Below are positions 1 through 7,663 of a stretch of 25,652 nucleotides of DNA, piece by piece. The DNA comes from Candidatus Krumholzibacteriia bacterium (GTDB lineage: Bacteria; Krumholzibacteriota; Krumholzibacteriia; WVZY01). The position numbers were made by a program, and so were the translations under genes. Position 1 is the stretch's first letter. Each line of letters begins with the position of its first letter. The notes beneath the pieces are model-generated. The model had not been told where the DNA came from, searched no databases, and saw nothing but the letters and a program-made list of their open reading frames with translations. The DNA is taken from the NCBI GenBank assembly GCA_036478295.1, contig JAZGDW010000210.1:1-25652 (forward strand), read 5' to 3'.

Positions 1-1
1 G

Positions 2-172
2 GAGACTGCACCCCCGGACTCTGAACCCCTGGCTGCGGAAACCGAAGACACGTGGGCGCGCGTCCGCATCACGGATGACCTCGAGATCCATTTCCGCCCG
101 GGTACCGGCGGGGGTTTTCACAAAAAACTCCGCAGGCTGCTCGCGATGGCGCGGAAGAGCTTCGGCAAATAG
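2..172 (+). CDS. Partial CDS (C-terminus), probably a MerR-family/HTH transcriptional regulator
   Basis: Not in the ORF track because it has no start. Open frame 2..172 reads ETAPPDSEPLAAETEDTWARVRITDDLEIHFRPGTGGGFHKKLRRLLAMARKSFGK*, stop TAG at 170-172. The W-x-R-x-x-I-x-x-x-L-E-I-H motif resembles the C-terminal tail I recall from a MerR subgroup. The HTH would lie outside the window. Confidence 0.55.
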   Translation, partial: ETAPPDSEPLAAETEDTWARVRITDDLEIHFRPGTGGGFHKKLRRLLAMARKSFGK

Positions 173-255
173 AACATTCGATTCATTAACCCACAGGGTT
201 GGAGCTGTCCCCCACAGGCGGGCGTTCAGTTACCAATCCACCAAGGAGGAGAAAG

Positions 256-1221
256 ATGCTAAACCGTAACCACAGTCCACAACCGGACTCGCCTGCGGGC
301 CCCTACCGCTGGCCGGAGGTCCGGCTCGGGGCGCCGTGCACCAGCGTGGGACTGACCGTTTTTCCCATCGTGAACGGGCAGGGCGGCGGTGGAGACTACA
401 TACTGCTCGCCGATGCCGTCGAAAAGAACATCGCAACGGTCACCGAGGTCAACAGGGGCGGCGACATTCCCGTCATTCTGATCGAGAACCGGACGAAAAC
501 GCCGCTCCTCGGCATCCAGGGCGAGGAGTACATCGGCGCCAAGCAGAACCGAACGCTGAATATCTCGGTCCTTGCCGGCCCGGGCAAGACCCGCATCCCG
601 GTCACCTGCGCCGAGCAGGGACGCTGGGCTCCCGGCGCCAGCAATTTCTCCGCCGGAACCTACGAGACCATGGCCGTCCGCATGGCGAAAAACATTTCGA
701 TTGCCGACACCAAGAAGTCGGTGAAAGACGGCTTCGCCAAGTTCTTCGCCGACCAGGGCCTGGTGTGGAATTCGATACGGCGGGACAGTGCACGCTACGG
801 AGCCTCGTCACCTACGATGGCGATGAACGAGATGTACGAATCCGCACAGGTAAAGGACCCACTGGCGGAAATCGTCGACGGCATCGAAGTGCCCGCGGAC
901 ACGCGGGGCGTGGTGGTGGCCATCGGCGGCCGGCTGGTCGCAGCGGATATCTTCGAGCACCCCAACGTTTTTGGCTGTATCTGGCCCCGAATTCTCCGCA
1001 GTTACGGGTTGAGCGCGCTGCACGTGAAGAAGGGCGTGCCACCGTCGGTGGAGGTTGCGGAGGCGTTCGTTTCGCGGCCGGGGGCGACGGCGTGGAGCGC
1101 GACGCCGTCCGTCGGCATGGGCGAAGACGTTCGCTGGGAGAGCAAGGATATTCTGGCCTCGGCTCTCGTGTGGCAGGAGCGTTTTCTTCATGCTACGATG
1201 TTTTCTCGCGACGCGGCCTAG
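256..1221 (+). CDS. ARPP-1 family / DUF6569-like protein (321 aa)
   Basis: ATG at 256 follows SD AAGGAGGAG, so it is preferred over TTG at 199. Motifs GLTVFPI, VTEV..GG.IP, GEEYIGAKQNRTLN, IPVTCAEQGRW, ADQGLVW and GVVVAIGG..AADIF match my recollection of DUF6569/ARPP-1. Confidence 0.75.
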   Translation: MLNRNHSPQPDSPAGPYRWPEVRLGAPCTSVGLTVFPIVNGQGGGGDYILLADAVEKNIATVTEVNRGGDIPVILIENRTKTPLLGIQGEEYIGAKQNRTLNISVLAGPGKTRIPVTCAEQGRWAPGASNFSAGTYETMAVRMAKNISIADTKKSVKDGFAKFFADQGLVWNSIRRDSARYGASSPTMAMNEMYESAQVKDPLAEIVDGIEVPADTRGVVVAIGGRLVAADIFEHPNVFGCIWPRILRSYGLSALHVKKGVPPSVEVAEAFVSRPGATAWSATPSVGMGEDVRWESKDILASALVWQERFLHATMFSRDAA

Positions 1222-1254
1222 TCCCGCGCGCGGACGAACCAGCACGCAACGCCA

Positions 1255-1307
1255 CGCGAACGACACACGGGTGCGTCAAGACGCACCGGCACACACGACC
1301 GTTCGCG
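1255..1307. repeat. Nested inverted repeat (REP-like or stem-loop) between the ARPP-1-like gene and the glycosyltransferase
   Basis: CGCGAACG (1255-1262) pairs with CGTTCGCG (1300-1307). Inside them, GGTGCGTC (1270-1277) pairs with GACGCACC (1280-1287). No U-tract. Confidence 0.45.
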
Positions 1308-1374
1308 GAGCGCAAGGACTCGAGAACCCAACCGGCACACCACCGCAGAACCGGTGTAAGCAGCGACTGCGCCT

Positions 1375-2520
1375 ATGCCCAAGATCTTAATGTTCACCGG
1401 CCACACGTCCCTCAAGATTGGCGGCCTCGAGGAGTTCTTCGCGCGGTTGGGTTCCGAGAGTGCGGATGACTTAGTCCTGGTCGAGAACGACTACGAGCGG
1501 ATTCCCGACTCGGTGCGGACTTTTTTCGACGAGCGCAACCTGCACGTGCACCGCGGGAGCGTCGGCAAGACGCTCCTGCGAGCGGCACGGGACATCGCTG
1601 CACTGCTCCGCGAGCACAAACCCGATATCGTTCACGTCAACTTTCAGCCGGTGTCCTACGTTGCCATCGTCCTCGCCCGGTTGCTGGGCGCCCGCAGAAT
1701 CTACTGGACCAAGCACAGCCTCCTCACGACAAAGCGTTTCTCCAGGACGTGGTGGTACCACTGGTTCTGCATGCATTTCGTCGACAAGGTGGTCTGTATC
1801 TCCGCCTCGATCGACCGCGAGCTGGAGGATCTGAGATTGGCCCGTGGCAAGAGGATGGTCCTGCCGCTGGGCATCAACCTGGTCAGGTTCGACCGCAGAC
1901 GGATCAGCGGAGAGCGCATGCGCCGTATCCGAAGTGAACTCGCGATCGAGGAGGATGATTTCGTGGTGACGGTGGTCGCCCAGGTGCGGCCGGTGAAACG
2001 GTTGGACACCTTTTTGGAGGCGGTCCGGATCCTCGTGCGTGATTCCGACATTAAGAAATTGAGAGCCCTCATCGTCGGCGGCACGTGCGACAACGAAGAG
2101 TCCGCCGTGCTCGCCCGCCGCTACGCGGAGTTCGTGGAAGAGAAAAATCTTGCGGCGCACGTGAGCTTTCTCGGGGTGAGAGACGACATCGCCACGATCT
2201 ACGCGGTATCCGACCTCGCCGGCCTGACCTCCGAGTCGGAAGGCCTGGGACTGTCGCTGGTAGAAGCGGCGGCAATGGGAATGCCCCTGTTCGGAAGCCG
2301 CGTCGGCGGGATTCCCGAGATCGTAGTCGACGGGCAGAACGGGCACACCTTCGAGGTGGCTGATCCCGCCGGACTGGCAGAGATCATAGGCCGCCTCATT
2401 AACTCCAAAGCCACACGCGAAGAACTGGGAGCGCGATCACGACGGATCGCCGAGGAGCGTTACGACGTGGCGGCCAATACGAGAACGCTCGCGCAACTTT
2501 ACGGCGAAGCGTCCCGCTAG
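1375..2520 (+). CDS. Glycosyltransferase family 4 (GT-B fold)
   Basis: N-terminal GGLE, KPDIVHVN, LGINLVRF, VAQVRPVKR, the E-x7-E motif SESEGLGLSLVEAAA, and SRVGGIPEIV..GQNG. Confidence 0.93.
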   Translation: MPKILMFTGHTSLKIGGLEEFFARLGSESADDLVLVENDYERIPDSVRTFFDERNLHVHRGSVGKTLLRAARDIAALLREHKPDIVHVNFQPVSYVAIVLARLLGARRIYWTKHSLLTTKRFSRTWWYHWFCMHFVDKVVCISASIDRELEDLRLARGKRMVLPLGINLVRFDRRRISGERMRRIRSELAIEEDDFVVTVVAQVRPVKRLDTFLEAVRILVRDSDIKKLRALIVGGTCDNEESAVLARRYAEFVEEKNLAAHVSFLGVRDDIATIYAVSDLAGLTSESEGLGLSLVEAAAMGMPLFGSRVGGIPEIVVDGQNGHTFEVADPAGLAEIIGRLINSKATREELGARSRRIAEERYDVAANTRTLAQLYGEASR

Positions 2521-3203
2521 ACCGCGATTTCTTCCAGACTCCACAACGCCAGGCTCTTGCCATTCCCCTCGCCTTCATCGATCACCATGAGCGGCGCAGG
2601 AAAATTGAACGGCGCACGTTCGAGGTTCGCCGGTCTGAAATGGCCGATGGCCTCGAGGTCCGAGTTGGTCTCGAGATTGGTGAAGGTGGTGGTCAGAAGG
2701 TATCGCGATCCGCTCTCCTTCATGTTCCGGACCGCGCGGTGCACGTGACTGTTCGGATAGTGGAGCAGACAGTCGCGGCAGATAATCAGGTCGGCCCGCG
2801 GCAGGCTGTCCTTCATCAGGTCTCGGCGCCCGAACTTGATGTTGTCCGCTGAGTACTGCGATCGGTTGGCCTCAACCAGTTCCGGCACGATGTCGTAGCC
2901 TTCGTAGAGTACGCCGCCAAGATCAACTTCGCTCATCCAGTTGAAATCCCCGCAGGGGATATCGACAACGGTCCGGATGTGGAACTTGTCAAAGAGCCCA
3001 GGAAGATGCTGTCTTACAACGCGCGTCGCATCTAGCGTCGACCCGGGGCCCGAGGTAGTCTCCGGATTGTTCCAGCCGCCGTCCAGATAATAGGCCCGAA
3101 ACTTGGCGGGGTACGGCTTGAACCGGTAGAGGTATCGCTGGACTCCGCCAAGGAATGGAAAGGTGCGTATTAGTTTTTGCTTTATTCGGGTGAATGTTCG
3201 CAT
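2517..3203 (-). CDS. Class I SAM-dependent methyltransferase
   Basis: SGPGS, motif I VVDIPCGDFNWM, acidic motif II YEGYDIV, DLIICRDCLLH and YLLTTTF. Shares the CTAG tetramer (2517-2520) as stop codon with the convergent GT4 gene. Confidence 0.85.
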   Translation of the reverse strand: MRTFTRIKQKLIRTFPFLGGVQRYLYRFKPYPAKFRAYYLDGGWNNPETTSGPGSTLDATRVVRQHLPGLFDKFHIRTVVDIPCGDFNWMSEVDLGGVLYEGYDIVPELVEANRSQYSADNIKFGRRDLMKDSLPRADLIICRDCLLHYPNSHVHRAVRNMKESGSRYLLTTTFTNLETNSDLEAIGHFRPANLERAPFNFPAPLMVIDEGEGNGKSLALWSLEEIAV

Positions 3204-3319
3204 GCTCGGTTGGATACCGGCCCGCGCGTTTTGCGGCGGCTCGGACTACAGAATACACGCCCGATCGGCGTAGGGCAACACGCTTGTACAAAAGAGGGAC
3301 GCCAGCGCAAAGGGCGCCG

Positions 3320-3352
3320 GCGTCCGGAAAGAAGACGTTATTTTTCGGGCGC
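3320..3352 (-). terminator. Possible stem-loop immediately downstream of the FTR1 gene
   Basis: Imperfect inverted repeat GCGTCCGGAAA ... TTTTCGGGCGC, 6 nt after the stop. No clear U-tract. Confidence 0.25.
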
Positions 3353-3358
3353 TACTAC

Positions 3359-4966
3359 TTAAAAGTAGAACTCGTACTCGAGGATCCACTTCAGCGTGCC
3401 GTTCGGCGACGCGCTCGAAATACCAAACAGATACCCCACGTCATATTTCATCTTGCCAAGTTTCCCGTAAAAGACCGGTCCGAGCAGATGCGTCTGGTCG
3501 CGGTAGGGGCCGATATCCTTCAGCTCACCGAAGTTGCTGTGGAGCTCCACACCCGGCTCGAAGTTGCGCCGCAGCCGGTAGCGCGTGCTCCACGCCAGGC
3601 CCGCCTCCGTCGCCTCGGTCGCGTGCGAGCCGACCTGCTGCTCCAGTATCAGGTTCGTAATGTGGAGGAGCCTGCCCTGTTCTTTCTGCAGCAGTACTTT
3701 GGCCTCGAACTTGTCCGCGTGGCCGCCCTGCAGGGACCACTCGTACGCGGCATAGAGACCGACATCGAGCCATTTCTCACCGGGCTCAAAGAGCCGCAGC
3801 CGGTGTTCCCACTCGATAGCGGTGAACTCGAAGTCGTCTCCCGGTGACTTCTCGATCTCGCCGTAAATCTCGGTAAACCAGCGTTCGGTAAAACCGTATC
3901 CGACCGCGTACTTCTGTTTCTGTTTTCCATCCCTCAGTGCGTTGTCATCGACGTCGTAGCTGCCGCGCGCTTCGACTTCGAGCTCGCGGTATTCCGCGTT
4001 CGGCGAGTAGACCTTCTTGGTCGCCACCGCATCGACGGGCAGAACCAGGCCCGCCATCCCGGCGATCAACACGCCGATGACTGCGGCCCGGGCCCCGCGG
4101 CCTTTCCCAACGCCAGCGGTGCCGGGCACCCCGACTGCCTGTGAGGTGCCGCGGACGCGCGCGACGGCGGCACCACCGAACGACTTGAGCAGCAGGCCAA
4201 TGACACCCAGGGTCGCCAGATAGGCGGCGAGCTGAATGCCCGTCGGCTGCGCACTGTAGCCTACCAGTGTCTGAAGAACACTCCCCACCATTCCCCGCTC
4301 GGAGAGCAGCCACGAACTATCCCAAAGCGGCGAAGTCATGACCGGAATGAAACCGGCGCTCCCGAGTATCTGCACCGCCTGCGACACCATGGCGGCCGCG
4401 AGGAACGTGAGCAGCACGCCGGTGACCGAAAAGAAGTAACGCGTCGCCATTTTGATCAGTCCGAAATAAATACCCGCGCCGATCAGCGCCCCGGCGACCA
4501 GCCCCAGCAGGCCACCGGTGACGACACTAAGAACCGTCTGGCCGGACAGAAGAACACCGTAGGTCAGGAGAACGATCTCCGAGCCCTCGCGCAGAATGGC
4601 GAGCATCATGACGACGGCAATGATGTAGAGGGGACGCTTGCCCTCGGCGACCGCTTCGCCGACCGCCTTCAGCCGCTGGGCGAGGTACATCGCGTGGCGT
4701 TTCATCCACACGACCGTCCAGCCGATGAGCACCGCGGCCAACAGGAGAACCGACGCGTTGAAAACCTCCTGGCCCATGCCGGAGATGGCGTCGGAGATGG
4801 CACCGGCGCTCAGGGCAACAATGCACGACCCGGCCACTCCTGCCACCAGTCCCGCGGTGAGCCAGCGCCCACGCCCGACGAGTCCGCGCGTGGCCACGAG
4901 GACCACGCCGAGAATCAGTGACATTTCCAGAACTTCACGAAAAACGATGATGGTTGTGGATAACAT
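3359..4966 (-). CDS. FTR1/EfeU-family iron permease fused to a C-terminal putative outer-membrane beta-barrel domain
   Basis: Two RExxE iron-permease motifs (FREVLE, LREGSE), QEVFNA, WTVVWM, PLWDSSWLL and LVGY..QPT in the first ~262 aa. These are followed by a signal-peptide-like segment and a 220-aa domain with alternating aromatic/polar residues ending WILEYEFYF. Confidence 0.88.
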   Translation of the reverse strand: MLSTTIIVFREVLEMSLILGVVLVATRGLVGRGRWLTAGLVAGVAGSCIVALSAGAISDAISGMGQEVFNASVLLLAAVLIGWTVVWMKRHAMYLAQRLKAVGEAVAEGKRPLYIIAVVMMLAILREGSEIVLLTYGVLLSGQTVLSVVTGGLLGLVAGALIGAGIYFGLIKMATRYFFSVTGVLLTFLAAAMVSQAVQILGSAGFIPVMTSPLWDSSWLLSERGMVGSVLQTLVGYSAQPTGIQLAAYLATLGVIGLLLKSFGGAAVARVRGTSQAVGVPGTAGVGKGRGARAAVIGVLIAGMAGLVLPVDAVATKKVYSPNAEYRELEVEARGSYDVDDNALRDGKQKQKYAVGYGFTERWFTEIYGEIEKSPGDDFEFTAIEWEHRLRLFEPGEKWLDVGLYAAYEWSLQGGHADKFEAKVLLQKEQGRLLHITNLILEQQVGSHATEATEAGLAWSTRYRLRRNFEPGVELHSNFGELKDIGPYRDQTHLLGPVFYGKLGKMKYDVGYLFGISSASPNGTLKWILEYEFYF

Positions 4967-5013
4967 GACAGCCTGTGCTCCGTTCTACGGTGTTTGCTTG
5001 ACGTCGCGTGACG

Positions 5014-5502
5014 CTAACGGGCGATGATGACGCCCTGCGCCGTCTTTGGGTTGAATTCGCCGAAATATTTGTACGTGCCCGGCTTGAGCGGGCCGATGAA
5101 GACGATGATCTTGCGTCCTCCGGAGACGACCTTCTCACGGTTGAGGTCGTAGCTCTCGAATTCCTCCGGTGTCCGATCGAGATTCTCGATGCGCAGCTTG
5201 ATTTTCTTGTTCGCGGGTACGACCAGTTCCGCCGGGATGAACTTGTGGTCCTTGATCTGGATCACGTAGACATCTTTGAGCACCGGTTTGACATCCTTGA
5301 CGTCGATCTCTTTCTTCGTCGTTTCGGCAGACGTTGCGTCGCCGTCTTTCTTCGCCTTGCCGGTGTCCTTGTCTGCCGCCAGTCCCGACCCCATAAAGAG
5401 AAAACAAACGAGTCCCGCGGCCAGAACGGCTCTGGCCATCGTCTGTTTCCGTCCGGCGTGGTCCCCGGGAATCTTCCCTCCGCTCTTGTCTACCTTTATC
5501 AT
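5014..5502 (-). CDS. Exported cupredoxin-domain protein (EfeO N-domain / FtrB-like)
   Basis: SD GGAGGAG before ATG 5502 (alternative ATG at 5439). Hydrophobic signal segment, then FIPAELVVPA, PEEFES, LNREKVV and GPLKPGTYKYFGEFNP. Lies directly upstream of FTR1. Confidence 0.88.
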   Translation of the reverse strand: MIKVDKSGGKIPGDHAGRKQTMARAVLAAGLVCFLFMGSGLAADKDTGKAKKDGDATSAETTKKEIDVKDVKPVLKDVYVIQIKDHKFIPAELVVPANKKIKLRIENLDRTPEEFESYDLNREKVVSGGRKIIVFIGPLKPGTYKYFGEFNPKTAQGVIIAR

Positions 5503-5526
5503 GCCTGCTCCTCCATGCCTGGATAG

Positions 5527-5739
5527 TTAGGGTTGCCTAAGAATACGACCAAAAAAATTAGGAATGCCTAACAATCCGCCCAAAAAAATATTGGGAAAGA
5601 TTTCGCCTGGTTAGGCATGCCTAAGTAATACCTCCAAAAAAAACTGATACCGTTCATTTTTAAGCCTTTAGCGGCGCTCTGGTGTGAAACACCTGACCGA
5701 GTACCTGATTACTCCCGCATCATAGTTAGGAACCGCTAA
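5527..5739. promoter_or_regulatory. Four TTAGG-N4-CCTAA palindromes (DtxR/SirR/MntR-family operator-like)
   Basis: TTAGGGTTGCCTAA at 5527-5540, TTAGGAATGCCTAA at 5558-5571, TTAGGCATGCCTAA at 5611-5624 and TTAGGAACCGCTAA at 5726-5739. All lie upstream of an iron-uptake operon. Confidence 0.8.
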
Positions 5740-5747
5740 CTTGTCAA
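5719..5747 (-). promoter_or_regulatory. Sigma70 promoter of the cupredoxin-FTR1 operon
   Basis: Minus strand TTGACA (5747-5742), 17-nt spacer, TATGAT (5724-5719). The fourth palindrome sits inside the spacer. Confidence 0.75.
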
Positions 5748-5985
5748 CGCAAAAAAACTTGATTATTGTCAATTACCGGGGTTCCGCTCCCGCCCTGCGG
5801 GCACCTGGGATCACCGGACGAATACGATCTTCCGGGTCCGCTTCTCGCCGCTTATATAGCACAGATTGCCGGCCGGGCGCACTTGTGGACAAAGATAACG
5901 GGCTGCTCCCCGGAGAGAAAACAGCCCGTATATTGTATTACCACGAACCCGCCGCCAATTACTTCAAAGCGTGCTGAGGGGCGTG

Positions 5986-6885
5986 CTACCGTCGCCCGAA
6001 CCTGTCAAAACTCCAGGTCGTCGCAATATCGAACGTCTTCGCGTCGTGTGTGTTCTCCCCTGACACAGTAGACCCGAATGACACCGAGACGTCGAAGTTG
6101 GGAAACAGTCCATACGCCACAGCGCCCCCGAACCGAGTGTAGCTCGTGGCTGCCAGACGATCGTGGGCGTGACCAGTTTCGCTAGTGATTTGGAGCCAGT
6201 CGATCCCGTCGTGCGCGAATTGCAGGTTCGTAAAGCCGCTGACCGTAATCCTTTCGGTCAGGAAATACCCTGCGGCAAAATCGAGGTTACTCCGATCGAC
6301 TCCGATGTCTCCGATTTCTTCCGTGAGTGTGTACGCGTATCGTCCCTGCACGTAGACATCACTGAGGAACGGGTACAGGACCCTGCCCGCGCTCAAGCCC
6401 AGCTGTAGTTCGGTGAGATTCCTTCCAACGGCCGCATGACCCAGGGTTTCGTACCCATGGGTTGGTACGACGACCCCGATGAAGGGCGTCGCTACAAACG
6501 GCTTGTTGAACGCCATGTAACGCACGCGCAGCGAGAAGTCCTGCAACTCACCGTGGTAGATGCCGTTGTCGATCCCGGATTCCGCAAAACCCGACGGTCC
6601 ACCGAACTTCGCCGCCACCGCCGCAAGGTTGGCGTCCACCGCCAGGTTTCTCAAAATTCCGTACTGCAGACTGATTACCCCGGTGCTCGAGAAGATTTCG
6701 CCGAAATCGAATTCGGTACCATCCGAAAATAAATGATTATCGACCGAAAGGTACTGGTAACCAATGGTAGCCGATCCCTGGCCCCTGGCGGGCAGCCACG
6801 CCTGGGCCAAGACCACCGAAGGAATGACAAGCGTCATCACCAGGGCGAGAGATAGTACTATTCGCACCGATTCTGCGAACCGCAT
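5986..6885 (-). CDS. Exported protein, putative outer-membrane beta-barrel / transporter
   Basis: SD AGGAGG, signal peptide ending VLA|QAW, amphipathic strands rich in Gly/aromatics (SLQYGI, LQDFSLRVRY, FIGVVVPT, YVQGRYAY), and a C-terminal strand IATTWSF. Confidence 0.7.
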   Translation of the reverse strand: MRFAESVRIVLSLALVMTLVIPSVVLAQAWLPARGQGSATIGYQYLSVDNHLFSDGTEFDFGEIFSSTGVISLQYGILRNLAVDANLAAVAAKFGGPSGFAESGIDNGIYHGELQDFSLRVRYMAFNKPFVATPFIGVVVPTHGYETLGHAAVGRNLTELQLGLSAGRVLYPFLSDVYVQGRYAYTLTEEIGDIGVDRSNLDFAAGYFLTERITVSGFTNLQFAHDGIDWLQITSETGHAHDRLAATSYTRFGGAVAYGLFPNFDVSVSFGSTVSGENTHDAKTFDIATTWSFDRFGRR

Positions 6886-6920
6886 GAGAGCCTCCTGATA
6901 ATTGTGGTTGCCAACCGTGA

Positions 6921-7442
6921 TTAGGCCTTGGCAGCTTTCTTGGCCTTGTCCACCATGTCGTTCACAAGCAGGATTATCGTGCTCGATCGGTGTGACGCCT
7001 TCAGCACCCTGCCGTACTGCCCCTCGGCCTTCTTGATATCCTCTTTGGATACCTTGCCCATAACGGGCATCAGGAGCGGTTTCACGGCGAGCGATTGCAG
7101 CGCAGTCTCGAGTGCGCCGACATCTGCAATATCCCCGATCACGACGTCGAAGGTCCCGTACTCCAGGGCTTCGCTGAGCTCGGTGGCACTTCCTACCACG
7201 TGCACCTCGTGGCCCGCCCGCATCAGGTCACGCTGCAGCTCCTCGTTCAATAAGGACTTGGCCAGCTTGGAGTCGGCGTTCCGGAAAAGAAGCACGGACC
7301 CGGGATGTGGCGCAGCATAAACGAGCGACTGCTTGACGCCTCGACTGTTTACCAGAAACTTGTCCCCGCATGCGTAGAGAGGTGAGAAGGCGGTAGATGC
7401 AAGACACAGGACGATGAGGAGAGCAAGTAGACCTCTAGACAT
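6921..7442 (-). CDS. Exported hypothetical protein with receiver (REC)-like fold
   Basis: ATG 7442 follows SD AAGGAGG. Signal peptide ends LYA|CGDKFL. Segment AGHEVHVVGSATELSEALEYGTFDVVIGD resembles REC beta2-alpha2-beta3. Lies 35 bp upstream of the barrel gene, so probably co-transcribed. Confidence 0.7.
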   Translation of the reverse strand: MSRGLLALLIVLCLASTAFSPLYACGDKFLVNSRGVKQSLVYAAPHPGSVLLFRNADSKLAKSLLNEELQRDLMRAGHEVHVVGSATELSEALEYGTFDVVIGDIADVGALETALQSLAVKPLLMPVMGKVSKEDIKKAEGQYGRVLKASHRSSTIILLVNDMVDKAKKAAKA

Positions 7443-7488
7443 GGTAGATCCTCCTTGCTGAGTTGAGAGGGCGGTTCCCACAGTTTAT

Positions 7489-7518
7489 CTTATAGCAGAG
7501 GTTCCGGTCGTTTGTCAA
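7489..7518 (-). promoter_or_regulatory. Possible sigma70 promoter for the 7442/6885 operon
   Basis: Minus strand TTGACA (7518-7513), 18-nt spacer, extended -10 TGcTATAAG (hexamer 7494-7489). Confidence 0.45.
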
Positions 7519-7553
7519 CACGGTACTAGACAGCATGATAATCATTTCACAAA

Positions 7554-7595
7554 ATCGTTGGGTGAATCGTTGGGGGGATCGTTAGGGGCTTGGGG
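7554..7595 (+). repeat. Three 12-bp tandem units ATCGTT(G/A)GG... plus a fourth G-tract
   Basis: ATCGTTGGGTGA at 7554-7565, ATCGTTGGGGGG at 7566-7577, ATCGTTAGGGGC at 7578-7589, then TTGGGG. Confidence 0.55.
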
Positions 7596-7663
7596 TGATT
7601 GTCACTCTTTGTAAGGTTCGAGAATACAATAAAGAACAAAAAACCTTCTGCTGTTGGCTGATC

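Noticed and set aside
1..60. GGACTCTGAACCCC resembles a reverse-complement tRNA T-arm
   Set aside because: No cloverleaf could be built, and the region reads as an open protein frame to TAG 172.
336..1469. 377-aa alternative-frame ORF
   Set aside because: Arg-rich shadow ORF overlapping the ARPP-1-like gene, typical of high-GC DNA.
1471..2346. 291-aa antisense ORF, and similar antisense ORFs at 3194-3847, 5008-5526, 8811-9452, 13974-14633, 16615-17241 and 19911-20633
   Set aside because: They lie opposite well-supported genes and have no motifs. Their recurrence in the kinase array only mirrors sense-strand paralogy.
5527..5739. CRISPR mini-array
   Set aside because: The repeats are only 14 bp with irregular spacing (17, 39, 101 bp) and there are no cas genes; operator sites explain them better.
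5741..6071. Short plus-strand ORFs 5741-5977 and 5766-6071
   Set aside because: No SD or motifs; they overlap the promoter region and the end of the barrel gene.
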